DNA of 64,000 nucleotides from Candidatus Micrarchaeia archaeon (GTDB lineage Archaea > Micrarchaeota > Micrarchaeia > Micrarchaeales > CABMGC01): NCBI GenBank assembly GCA_049976305.1, contig JBMFIM010000001.1:25712-89711 (forward strand), given 5' to 3'. Within the stretch, counting starts at the first letter, position 1, and every line of letters starts with the position of its first letter. Under the pieces are notes generated by a model. The model was not told the DNA's origin, did not search any database, and saw nothing but the letters and a program-made list of their open reading frames with translations. This document shows positions 29,150 through 37,450 of the stretch, in pieces. A program made the position numbers and the translations under genes.

Positions 29150-30037
29150 TCACCTTATAAGATCTATTATAAGCAGACCCGAAACAATAAGTATGCCTCC
29201 AAATACTTCAATAGGGTAATAACTACCAAGCAGAATGCTGCCTGCCAAGACTATAAGTACATCTGCGTACTCAAAATCATTAATAAAGTTTCTTTTCACT
29301 ACAGCCTGTTCGGTGTCCTCTGTCCTTAGAAAACTTACTGCAGCAAGCTCTAGTACTGAGCCCCCAACAAACACAATGCCGCTAAGCAGACCTAGAAGAA
29401 GGTACACTACGCTTATGTCTGCAAAGGCAAAAGACGGTGAAAAAAGCAGACCAAATAAAAGCAGAAATACCGGTTCAAACAAAACTTTCGACCCTACAGG
29501 ATATTTATGAATCCTATAATATTGCAAATAATAGCCAACCCCCGCTAGAGTTGCTATAGCTAATGCGAAAGGGATTGCCGAAACTTGGAATACAGAATTT
29601 TCTGTTTCTGCAAAATACGCACCGATACTAACTAAAGTCACACCTATAACTAAGAGGGCAAGAATTTTGGGTCTCATCTTAGTATGGTATCTAAACAAAT
29701 CAATCAACAAAAAGATAAGGGCAGAAATGTCCACTAACGAATACATACTGGCCAAGGTGAACCTTAAGTAGCCCAAGTAGAGAATTAGCACATATAAGAT
29801 GACAGCAAATGAGGCGACACAGCTAAACAGCCAATATTTTGGCACTTTGGGCTTTGTCTTCACCTTTGTAAAATATAAGTAAGAAGGAAGGCTAATAAAC
29901 CCGCCGATAGCAAACAAGATAAGACTGGTGCCGAAATTAATAGCTTTTAAAACCATGAATTCAGTTATTCCTCCAACACCGTAAAGAATAGAGCTAAGAA
30001 CCATATAGTAATAACTTCTTAGTTCAGTGGCGTCCAT
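29150..30037 (-). CDS. Polytopic membrane protein (DMT/EamA-like topology, ~10 TM)
   Basis: The 295 aa are hydrophobic throughout, with a two-fold repeat of 5 TM helices. The family call is weak. Confidence 0.4.
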   Translation of the reverse strand: MDATELRSYYYMVLSSILYGVGGITEFMVLKAINFGTSLILFAIGGFISLPSYLYFTKVKTKPKVPKYWLFSCVASFAVILYVLILYLGYLRFTLASMYSLVDISALIFLLIDLFRYHTKMRPKILALLVIGVTLVSIGAYFAETENSVFQVSAIPFALAIATLAGVGYYLQYYRIHKYPVGSKVLFEPVFLLLFGLLFSPSFAFADISVVYLLLGLLSGIVFVGGSVLELAAVSFLRTEDTEQAVVKRNFINDFEYADVLIVLAGSILLGSYYPIEVFGGILIVSGLLIIDLIR

Positions 30038-30098
30038 CTTTACCTTTACAAATTTACTTTGCTTATGTTTATATACTTTTAATTGTTAAAATACTAAA

Positions 30099-30193
30099 GG
30101 GCCCGTAGCTCAGCTTGGACAGAGCGGCGCCGTCCTAAGGCGAAGGCCGTGGGTTCAAAATAAGCTTGGCTTATGACAATCCCACCGGGCCCG
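30099..30193 (+). tRNA. tRNA-Arg (CCU) with a 20-nt intron in the T-loop (59/60; intron 30160..30179)
   Basis: It folds as GGGCCCG-TA-GCTC-AGCTTGGACA-GAGC-G-GCGCC-GTCCTAA-GGCGA-AGGCC-GTGGG-TTCAAA[ATAAGCTTGGCTTATGACAA]T-CCCAC-CGGGCCC-G. Removing 20 nt gives a standard 75-nt cloverleaf. The insert folds as a bulge-helix-bulge (see finding). Position 32 is G and 27:43 is G.A. Confidence 0.8.
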
Positions 30194-30204
30194 ATGGCGA
30201 TAAG

Positions 30205-31218
30205 ATGACAAAAGCCGAAGAACCTAAAGAACCTAAGGTAGTAGTAAAGCCTGTAGGCGGGCTTGGCGGCTTAGACCAGATTCACGTAGCGTTAATAATA
30301 CTAGTTTGTGTGCTAGTGGCGCTTGTTGTTGTGCTGGCATACTACAGGCCTACAGCAATTACTGTAGTAAACAACACTACAGCAGCTAAACCCATGCACA
30401 CTTCCTCGGAAATGCTAAATCTTACAGAAAGGTTGCTTGCAAGCTATAACAATCTCAACTCCTCACTAAACCTTCTGCCGTATATAACCAACATCAGCGC
30501 TGCTAACATAACCTACATATCGAGCATTAAATCGTGGCTCATAAGGGTTCCTGCAGCAAATCCAGCAACAAACGTTTCTTTCTACGTTACCTTTTTGATA
30601 AATGACTCCAATACATCAAAAGTGCTGCCACTTATACAGACGGTGCTGCCCGCAAAACTTTCACAAAACAAAGTAGTGGCAAAGGGAGTGGTTCAATTAT
30701 ACAACCATTATCCGTGCAACAAGCAGCCTATGCCGGTTTATTGGTTTATAGATCCATATGCACCCGGTGGCATAAAGAGCTTAAACTATGCAGTACAACT
30801 GCAGAATATGCTAAAGGGCAAAGTCAATGTGACAATAAAGATATTCAGCACGCAGGCGACACAGGCAATAGCAAGCCAGTATGGCATAGCAAATGCGCAG
30901 CTTCTAGGCAAGTACATATTCTGTGCTTCGCTTCAGCCAAATTTTGAAAAGTTTGCAAACATTTTGAGCTCTCTGTTTGCAGGCTCTTTCATGGGCCAGA
31001 TAGAGCTCAGCAACATAGCCAACGAATCTGGGCTCAATTATTCTGAATTAAGCTCTTGTATAGGCACCTCTCAACCAATAATCAACAATCAGGCTCTTCT
31101 AGCAAGCTACTACAACATTACTCAAGTGCCAAGCGTTATCGTTGACTGCAACCTTATGACTTTGCCTCAGACCGCTTACGATGCTGTCTGCTTTGCAAAT
31201 AGCACACTTTGCAGGTGA
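30205..31218 (+). CDS. Membrane-anchored extracellular DsbA/thioredoxin-like-fold protein lacking the CxxC site
   Basis: The track start TTG 30166 overlaps the tRNA, so I use ATG 30205 (MTKAEEPKEPK). One TM helix is followed by about 12 sequons. MPVYWFIDPYAPGG...GKYIFCASLQ...NITQVPSVIV follows the DsbA-like (Thioredoxin_4) pattern, with APGG where CPxC is expected. Confidence 0.45.
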   Translation: MTKAEEPKEPKVVVKPVGGLGGLDQIHVALIILVCVLVALVVVLAYYRPTAITVVNNTTAAKPMHTSSEMLNLTERLLASYNNLNSSLNLLPYITNISAANITYISSIKSWLIRVPAANPATNVSFYVTFLINDSNTSKVLPLIQTVLPAKLSQNKVVAKGVVQLYNHYPCNKQPMPVYWFIDPYAPGGIKSLNYAVQLQNMLKGKVNVTIKIFSTQATQAIASQYGIANAQLLGKYIFCASLQPNFEKFANILSSLFAGSFMGQIELSNIANESGLNYSELSSCIGTSQPIINNQALLASYYNITQVPSVIVDCNLMTLPQTAYDAVCFANSTLCR

Positions 31219-31222
31219 ATTC

Positions 31223-31693
31223 ATACACATCATTGTAGGAATAGATGGCGGTAAGACTGCTGCGATAGCGTGCATAGACTTATACGGCAGGCCAATCAGG
31301 CTTTTCACAGGAAGATATGTGGGCTTGAGCTGGTTCGTCAATATGATAAGAGAGGTTGGCGAGCCGGTAATAATAGCGAGCGACAAAAAGAAGCCGGATG
31401 AAATTGTAAAGAAGCTTGGTGCTGTTTTTGGAGCTGTGGTATTTTCACCTCAAGAGGATCTTACAGTAGATAAGAAGGAGGAACTGGCTAATCACGCATT
31501 TGAAAACCTTCATGAAAGAGATGCCCTTGCCGCAGCTAAGGCCGCTTACAATGCATATGCTAACAAGCTAAAGCAGGCAAGCAAGAAAGCAATAGAACAT
31601 GGCATTGAAGCGGATAAGGCAATGACTTTGGTGATTGAGCGATACTCAATGCACGAAGCAATTACCGGGAAAAAGGCAAACAGGAAAAAATAG
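31223..31693 (+). CDS. DUF460 / COG2433 RNase H-fold (RuvC/YqgF-like) putative nuclease, short form
   Basis: It carries HIIVGIDGGKTAAIACIDLYGRP...VIIASDKKKP...HERDALAAAKAAY. The track start ATG 31181 adds 14 aa and overlaps the upstream gene by 38 nt. AGGTGA + 4 nt precedes the in-frame ATA at 31223 (see finding). Confidence 0.6.
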   Translation: MHIIVGIDGGKTAAIACIDLYGRPIRLFTGRYVGLSWFVNMIREVGEPVIIASDKKKPDEIVKKLGAVFGAVVFSPQEDLTVDKKEELANHAFENLHERDALAAAKAAYNAYANKLKQASKKAIEHGIEADKAMTLVIERYSMHEAITGKKANRKK

Positions 31694-32314
31694 TCACGGT
31701 GGAGCCTGCAGATGGCCTATGATACTTGAAAGACCGACGAAAAGCGCAGCGATGACCACAAGCGCCAAGACAACGCCAAGGAGATAGTATAGTGCTTTGC
31801 CGCTTCCTTTAGGGCTCAAGTAAACCACAGGCGACAGGATTGCTGAGATTGCTGAGAGAAGGAAGAAGCTTAGGGCTGGCAGAAGGTAAACGCCCTTTTC
31901 TAAGCCGAATGCCACCATGCCATAGCTCTCTGCGAACAGGTATATGCCTAGAAGAAAGCCTAGTAAAGATATAGGCCTTACATCAAAGTTTTCATGAAGT
32001 GCATAGGCGCCTGCAAGCATTATTATTCCCAAAATCAGCATTGGGTCTCCAAAAAGCATGTTATAGGCGCCGGGCAATGGCCAGAAGAAGCTCAAGTAAA
32101 AGCCGCTTAGAAAGTCAAAGGCACCAAGGGTGAACATTACAGGAGCAAGAATGGCAAGATTTCTCTTGCCCTTGGCAAGCCCGAATACTGCATAAGCCAA
32201 AAATGCTGCGCTGGCAGAGGCTCCCAAAAGCATTACGGCAAGTGGTCTACAAACATAGCACCACAATCTGATTGAAAAGAAAAAGTTTATAAGAATGCTA
32301 GCCAAAAGAAGCAT
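31694..32314 (-). CDS. Polytopic membrane protein (possibly DUF981-like)
   Basis: The 206 aa include about 6 TM helices and the motif FFWPLPGAYNMLFGDP. The family assignment is tentative. Confidence 0.4.
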   Translation of the reverse strand: MLLLASILINFFFSIRLWCYVCRPLAVMLLGASASAAFLAYAVFGLAKGKRNLAILAPVMFTLGAFDFLSGFYLSFFWPLPGAYNMLFGDPMLILGIIMLAGAYALHENFDVRPISLLGFLLGIYLFAESYGMVAFGLEKGVYLLPALSFFLLSAISAILSPVVYLSPKGSGKALYYLLGVVLALVVIAALFVGLSSIIGHLQAPP

Positions 32315-32353
32315 TCAGCAAATTAATTTAAATAAGGCGGGCATCTAAAAATT

Positions 32354-33364
32354 GTGGCAAACCTAAAAATCCTTGAAGGAGTAGACAGCAAACTATCAGA
32401 AGAGCTAAACCTTAGCTATTATTCTAAAACCATCAATCTTCATTTTAAAACTTTTGCTATGTCGGAAGATTACAAAGGCGCTTCGGCTTTGCTCCTATAC
32501 TTTTTTTTAAACGAACAACCAGAAATGCAGAGCGAAAGTAGAATTAACATCCTTGAGTTGGGTGCACACGGCATTTATTTTGAAAGAGGAGTATATAAGT
32601 ATATGAAATTGCTAGATAAACAAAATAAGACAAACTATGCAGAAAGGATAATATACAGGATACTAGACATCTCTAAAGAAGCCATAGAAATTGCTAAAAA
32701 AAGCTATGATCTTGACAGAGATGGGTACTTCCTAACAGAATTCTATTTAGGAAATGCTTTAGATAAAAATTCGGTTCCGCCAGAAAACCATGCTATCATA
32801 ATGAATGAATTGCTTGACGATCTCGGCCACATGGTAGTAAAACGCGATGGAAAAGAGTTGCACGAGGTTATATTTTGTCTAGAGTGTGTAGGCGAGGATG
32901 CATGGCTTACTCCGTGTGAGGAACGACCACTCAAGGGAATACCTAAAAATGATCAGCTACGAATAATGCGAAGGCTAAAAGATGGCTATGCAACAACATA
33001 CTCGCCTCCGATACCTATATTATTTGACAATATAGAAGGAGCTTCGCGGGAACCAACCTTAACGATGGTCCATGATTACTTTATCTATCAGTCAAACTCC
33101 CCTAGGCTAGGCCGAGTATACGGTTCGATAAATTGCAACAACAAAGAACAGGTGAAAATAAACGGCTCTATTCAGATCACATACGACGTAAATTTTGGCG
33201 AACTCATTTACACGATGAAAAAACACGGCTTCGATATAATAGCAACTATGCCAACTGGCGATTTTGTAAAGGGCAATTTTGTCAACGTACCGATAAATAA
33301 AATCAAAAGATTGCTAGAGGACAGAAACAGCTATCTTAACATCGCAGCAGTAAAAAGACCTTAG
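32354..33364 (+). CDS. MidA/NDUFAF7-like (COG1565) putative SAM-dependent methyltransferase, divergent
   Basis: It has a GTG start. INILELGAHG is a degenerate motif I, RILDISKEAI is post-I, IIMNELLDDL resembles aNEffDAlP, and ITYDVNFGEL resembles DiTahVdF. The region is AT-rich relative to its neighbours. Confidence 0.45.
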   Translation: MANLKILEGVDSKLSEELNLSYYSKTINLHFKTFAMSEDYKGASALLLYFFLNEQPEMQSESRINILELGAHGIYFERGVYKYMKLLDKQNKTNYAERIIYRILDISKEAIEIAKKSYDLDRDGYFLTEFYLGNALDKNSVPPENHAIIMNELLDDLGHMVVKRDGKELHEVIFCLECVGEDAWLTPCEERPLKGIPKNDQLRIMRRLKDGYATTYSPPIPILFDNIEGASREPTLTMVHDYFIYQSNSPRLGRVYGSINCNNKEQVKINGSIQITYDVNFGELIYTMKKHGFDIIATMPTGDFVKGNFVNVPINKIKRLLEDRNSYLNIAAVKRP

Positions 33365-33412
33365 TTTTGAGACTGAATAGTTGACTAGAATAGAGATTGA
33401 TACCACGCTCCA

Positions 33413-33892
33413 TTATTTTATTCGGCTCTTTTGGTCTTTCTTTGTCTGCCATTTTCTCATATCGTAAACATATTGAAATTGGGTAGCATCGCCATAGTAA
33501 GATCTTGCCTCCGGACTTATATTTTTATCTTGTTCCCTCTTACGTCTTATTTCGCCCAGCCATTTTTTAAACTCCTCATAAGTTTGATAACGCTCCAATC
33601 TAGGTCCAAATACTGTTATTTCGTTAGGTTCGGCGCCCAGCTTGTTTTTTATATTGTGGTATACCTTATCAGGAATCCCTTCTTTTACATGGGAAAAGTA
33701 CACAAGAACGCATCCGCCAGACTCTTCTACATCAAACCCAAGACCAAAAAAATAAAACCGAAGGCCAAGAGAATAAGCTCCATAGCCATTTTTGCATTTT
33801 GAATCACATATAGAGTCATCAGTTCTAAGTGCTTCAATTACACTTGAATATAGGTCTTTTTTATTTTCCTTGGATGATTTAAAAAAGAGCAC
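33413..33892 (-). CDS. Hypothetical protein
   Basis: This 159-aa ORF has a GTG start 8 nt after the upstream stop. I recognise no motif. It is AT-rich. Confidence 0.4.
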   Translation of the reverse strand: MLFFKSSKENKKDLYSSVIEALRTDDSICDSKCKNGYGAYSLGLRFYFFGLGFDVEESGGCVLVYFSHVKEGIPDKVYHNIKNKLGAEPNEITVFGPRLERYQTYEEFKKWLGEIRRKREQDKNISPEARSYYGDATQFQYVYDMRKWQTKKDQKSRIK

Positions 33893-33900
33893 CTCATTAC

Positions 33901-34266
33901 CTATCTTTTAACTTTTAGTATTATTTGGTCATAGTTTAAGGGAACGTTTAGTTCTAAGGCATCCCTAGCTTCAACCTCCCTGTTACGTATAATCCGTACC
34001 TCCGCTTGCTTTGCCACTGCCACCGTCTTAATTGCATCAGCTATCTCACGCACCTTGTCAACTATTAGAGCGTTGGGAAATATTATATCTGCTTCGTTGT
34101 CAGTTATATAAACCACATCTATGCCAGTGTTTTTGAATGATATCTTGCTTTCTTTATTTTCTATTTCTAATACATAAGATTCGCCAACCTTTCTCTGGAT
34201 TGCTTTTGCTAATGTTTCTACGAACTGTAAATTTCTGCGATGATGCACTACTTGGCCAGAATACAT
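33901..34266 (-). CDS. Hypothetical protein
   Basis: This 121-aa ORF has a TATA-like TTTAAATA about 27 nt upstream of its ATG, suggesting a leaderless transcript. I recognise no motif. Confidence 0.4.
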   Translation of the reverse strand: MYSGQVVHHRRNLQFVETLAKAIQRKVGESYVLEIENKESKISFKNTGIDVVYITDNEADIIFPNALIVDKVREIADAIKTVAVAKQAEVRIIRNREVEARDALELNVPLNYDQIILKVKR

Positions 34267-34288
34267 AAAAATTTTAGAACTGCGATAC

Positions 34289-34296
34289 TATTTAAA
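34289..34296 (-). promoter_or_regulatory. TATA-box-like element for the 34266..33413 two-gene unit
   Basis: The minus strand reads TTTAAATA, centred about 27 nt upstream of the ATG at 34266. Confidence 0.3.
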
Positions 34297-34341
34297 CATT
34301 AGCATTAAAGTTATTAACCTCTATTGTGACATAATTTTTGC

Positions 34342-34458
34342 GCCAGGATGGCGGAATCCGGTAACGCGTACGCCTGGAGGCTCTCCCAGGTAGCGTATGG
34401 CTCTTCCGAGCCTTCTGGGTTCAAAACAGCTTCTGCTGGGAAAATCCCAGTCCTGGCG
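34342..34458 (+). tRNA. tRNA-Ser (GGA), type II, with two introns (12 nt at 37/38, 34380..34391; 19 nt at 59/60, 34426..34444)
   Basis: It folds as GCCAGGA-TG-GCGG-AATCCGGTA-ACGC-G-TACGC-CTGGAG[GCTCTCCCAGGT]A-GCGTA-T-GGCTC-TTCC-GAGCC-TTC-CTGGG-TTCAAA[ACAGCTTCTGCTGGGAAAA]T-CCCAG-TCCTGGC-G. It has a long variable arm, and the mature length is 86 nt. Confidence 0.8.
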
Positions 34459-34491
34459 TTATTTAGATGTTTTATAGGAAAAGGGATACGC

Positions 34492-34827
34492 ATGGAATCT
34501 AAAATAATAGCGGCGACAATAGATGACAGTTCGATGTTAACCGGAATAGGAAGGGCGCAAAGGATTGCAATAATTGAGGTTAAAGAAGGCAAAATAGCAA
34601 AAATCGAGGAGTTCGAAGTAAAATGGGACGAGGCCCATGAGAAAGAAGAAGAGGGTCTTCACCATGCCAACATTGCCAGATTTCTAAGATCGCACAACGT
34701 TACAGACATAATTGCATTCGGAGCAGGGCCTGATATGCAGCGCATGATAGAAAGGCTTGGCATCAGGCTTCATTTCTCTTCTGGAGATTATCAAGAAGCT
34801 GCAAAAAGGCTTATAGAAAGTGCCTAA
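34492..34827 (+). CDS. NifX/NifB-C-terminal-like (dinitrogenase FeMo-cofactor biosynthesis domain) protein
   Basis: The sequence is MESKIIAATIDDSSMLTGIGRAQRIAIIEV...VTDIIAFGAGPDMQRMIERLGIRL. The track ORF start at 34348 lies inside the tRNA and was rejected. Confidence 0.55.
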   Translation: MESKIIAATIDDSSMLTGIGRAQRIAIIEVKEGKIAKIEEFEVKWDEAHEKEEEGLHHANIARFLRSHNVTDIIAFGAGPDMQRMIERLGIRLHFSSGDYQEAAKRLIESA

Positions 34828-34828
34828 C

Positions 34829-35224
34829 CTAATCGGGCTCGAACTTGTATTGGTAATAAATAAGGCCTTCGTCTCCTTCTTTGTATATGCGCCTTAGCAC
34901 CGCCCTTACCCTTGTGCCAATCTGCACTGGCTTGCCATTGTCAACAATATGCCCTTCCACGATCGGTCCTTCGTCTAGCTTTATCAGCGCAACGGTGTAT
35001 GGAGCTAAGTCCTCAAAGCCGTCTGGAGGCGAGCGAATTATTGTATATGAGTAAATTTCGCCAGTTCCTTTGAACCTTAGGTCTTTCATCTTTGAGTTTC
35101 TGCCGCAATTCCTGCACACTAGCCTTGGCGGAAAGTATTTTGCCCCGCAATTTTCGCACATATTGCCCAGGAGTATGTACCTAGACCTTACTTTTCTCCA
35201 CAAATCAGCAGGAGACTTTTCCAT
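34829..35224 (-). CDS. DUF35 OB-fold/zinc-ribbon protein (scaffold of the archaeal thiolase/HMG-CoA synthase complex)
   Basis: It has CENCGAKYFPPRLVCRNCGR and an OB-fold C-terminus. AGTGG + TTTT precedes the ATG. Confidence 0.85.
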   Translation of the reverse strand: MEKSPADLWRKVRSRYILLGNMCENCGAKYFPPRLVCRNCGRNSKMKDLRFKGTGEIYSYTIIRSPPDGFEDLAPYTVALIKLDEGPIVEGHIVDNGKPVQIGTRVRAVLRRIYKEGDEGLIYYQYKFEPD

Positions 35225-35231
35225 AAAACCA

Positions 35232-36395
35232 CTAATTTACGCGCTTAAGTATGTGCACAACGGCAGTTGCACCGCTACCGCCGACGTTGTGTGTGAGCCC
35301 AATTTCTGCGCCATCTACTTGCCTACCTTCAGCCTCTCCCCTTAGCTGCCAAGTAATCTCAACCGCCTGCTTTATTCCTGTAGCACCTACAGGATGCCCG
35401 CAACCTTTAAGTCCGCCGCTGGTGTTGACAGAAACATCGCCGTTTATTGCGGTTCTGCCTTCTTCTATGGCTTTTGCCGCCTCGCCTTTTTTGAAAAAGC
35501 CTAGGTCTTCCATTGCAATTATCTCCGCTATAGTAAAACAGTCATGAACCTCTGCCACGTCTATGTCCTTTGGCGTTACCTTTGCATGCTCATACGCCTT
35601 CTGGCTTGCGATCCTTGCTGCCTTTATGCTGGTAAGGCTCTCTCTGTCTGCCAGCCTCAGGGTATCGCTTGCCTGCTCGCTTGCTGCTATCAGTACCGGC
35701 GTATCGTTGTATTTCTTTGCAACCTCCATCGGAGCCAGCACTATTGCGGCTGCACCATCGGTAATTGGCGAGCAGTCAAGAAGTTTCAGAGGGTCTGCAA
35801 CCATCTTTGAATTGAGCACATCATCTATCGTTATGCGCCTGTGGAACTGGGCGTATTTGTTGTGGTAGGCGTTTTCATGATTCTTTACTGCTACTGCTGC
35901 CATTTGCTCCTCAGTAGTACCGTATTCGTGCATATGCCGCCTTGCCATGAGGGCATACAGGCCTGGGAATGTTAGACCTTGGAAGAGCTCCCATTCTTGA
36001 TCCCCAGCTCCGCCTAGTGCAGTTGTGGCTTCGCCTGTGCTTACATCTGTCATTTTCTCAACTCCGCCTACAACCACTATGTCATGGAGGCCGCTGGCGA
36101 CCGCCATGTAGCCTTGCCTGAGTGCCGTACCGCCGCTGGCACACGCATTCTCAACACGCGTAGCAGGTATGTTGCCAAGGCCGAGCTGATCAGCCATAAG
36201 CGCTGCAACGTGCTCTTGACCTATGAATCTGCCTGGTGTCATACTGCCACCATAGATGGCATCAATATCCTTGCTGGATATGCCTGCATCTTCCAAGGCT
36301 GCAAGTCCGGCTTCAGCCATAAGCTCCTTTATTCCTGATTCCCATCTTTCACCAAACTTTGTAAGACCAACGCCTATAATTGCCACATCTCTCAT
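35232..36395 (-). CDS. Acetyl-CoA acetyltransferase (thiolase)
   Basis: [11 protein letters not shown] contains the active-site Cys. The C-terminus has [24 protein letters not shown]. Confidence 0.92.
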   Translation of the reverse strand: MRDVAIIGVGLTKFGERWESGIKELMAEAGLAALEDAGISSKDIDAIYGGSMTPGRFIGQEHVAALMADQLGLGNIPATRVENACASGGTALRQGYMAVASGLHDIVVVGGVEKMTDVSTGEATTALGGAGDQEWELFQGLTFPGLYALMARRHMHEYGTTEEQMAAVAVKNHENAYHNKYAQFHRRITIDDVLNSKMVADPLKLLDCSPITDGAAAIVLAPMEVAKKYNDTPVLIAASEQASDTLRLADRESLTSIKAARIASQKAYEHAKVTPKDIDVAEVHDCFTIAEIIAMEDLGFFKKGEAAKAIEEGRTAINGDVSVNTSGGLKGCGHPVGATGIKQAVEITWQLRGEAEGRQVDGAEIGLTHNVGGSGATAVVHILKRVN

Positions 36396-36399
36396 AGCA

Positions 36400-37446
36400 T
36401 CACCGTTCTATACTCCCCCTGTTTCGCAAATAGGTAGCGTAGTCCACATAAATCTTGCCTTCGCTTATCATCTTCTCCACAGCTTCTATTGCGTATCTTT
36501 TCTCTTCTATTGGCTCCTTGACTTCCAGCGCGAAGGAATCGCTGCCTGCCCCAGAGCCGAAGCTTGTAACCATTATCTTCTCTCCAGGCTTAGCAACATC
36601 AAGCGTGGCTGCAAGGCCGAGCATGGAAGCGCCAGAGTAGGTATTGCCTATTCTCGGCGTAAGCAAACCATACTTTATTTGTTCCTCGCTAAACCCGAGC
36701 TGCTTTGCAACCTGCATAGGAAACTTTCCGTTAGGCTGGTGAAAAACAGCGTAGGCAAAGTCGCTAGGCTTAAGCCCTGTTTCTTCCAAAAGCTTATGGG
36801 TTGCATTTATTATGTGCTTGAAATATGCCGGCTCGCCAGTAAACCTGCCGCCGTGTGAAGGGTATCTTGCCCCTTCCCTTCTCCAAAAGTCGGGCGTGTC
36901 TGTCACATAGCTAACTGTTTTTATTATCTCAGCTATTATCTCCTTCTTTTCTTTTCCTATGATGAATGCGGCGCCCCCGGCGCTTGCTGTGTACTCTAGT
37001 GCGTCACCGGGTCTGCCTTGCGAAGTATCAGAACCTATGGCCATTCCATATTCTATCATGCCGCTGAGCACCTCAGCAGCAATTATCTGCATGCCGTCTG
37101 TGCCTGCCTTGCATGCAAACTCCAAGTCAGAAGCCATGGCATAAGGGCTTGCATCTATTGCTTCTGCCACTATACTTGCAGTAGGCTTGACAGCGTAAGG
37201 CGGAGATTCAGAGCCGACATAGATGGCGCCTATTTTGCTGGCATCAATACCAGCATGCTTTATCGCCCTCCTTGCCGCCTCTACTGCTATAGTTGCTGAG
37301 TCCTCGTCTATTCCGGGCACGCTTTTCTCAAATATGTTAAGTCCGGATTTTATCGACTCTGCATCTTCTCCCCACACTCTCGCTATCTCCTCTACCTTTA
37401 TCCTGTACTTAGGCACATACGCCCCATACCCAACAATGCCTACCAA
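36400..37446 (-). CDS. Hydroxymethylglutaryl-CoA synthase (archaeal)
   Basis: It carries [25 protein letters not shown]...[35 protein letters not shown] + 4 nt precedes the TTG at 37446, while the ORF opens at 37512 inside the upstream gene. Confidence 0.92.
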   Translation of the reverse strand: MVGIVGYGAYVPKYRIKVEEIARVWGEDAESIKSGLNIFEKSVPGIDEDSATIAVEAARRAIKHAGIDASKIGAIYVGSESPPYAVKPTASIVAEAIDASPYAMASDLEFACKAGTDGMQIIAAEVLSGMIEYGMAIGSDTSQGRPGDALEYTASAGGAAFIIGKEKKEIIAEIIKTVSYVTDTPDFWRREGARYPSHGGRFTGEPAYFKHIINATHKLLEETGLKPSDFAYAVFHQPNGKFPMQVAKQLGFSEEQIKYGLLTPRIGNTYSGASMLGLAATLDVAKPGEKIMVTSFGSGAGSDSFALEVKEPIEEKRYAIEAVEKMISEGKIYVDYATYLRNRGSIER

Positions 37447-37450
37447 GCAA

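Noticed and set aside
30166-30204. TTG start of the track ORF 30166..31218, and likewise 34348..34491 and 55572..55622
   Set aside because: These N-terminal extensions lie inside tRNA-Arg, tRNA-Ser and tRNA-Pro respectively. Downstream ATGs give sensible N-termini.
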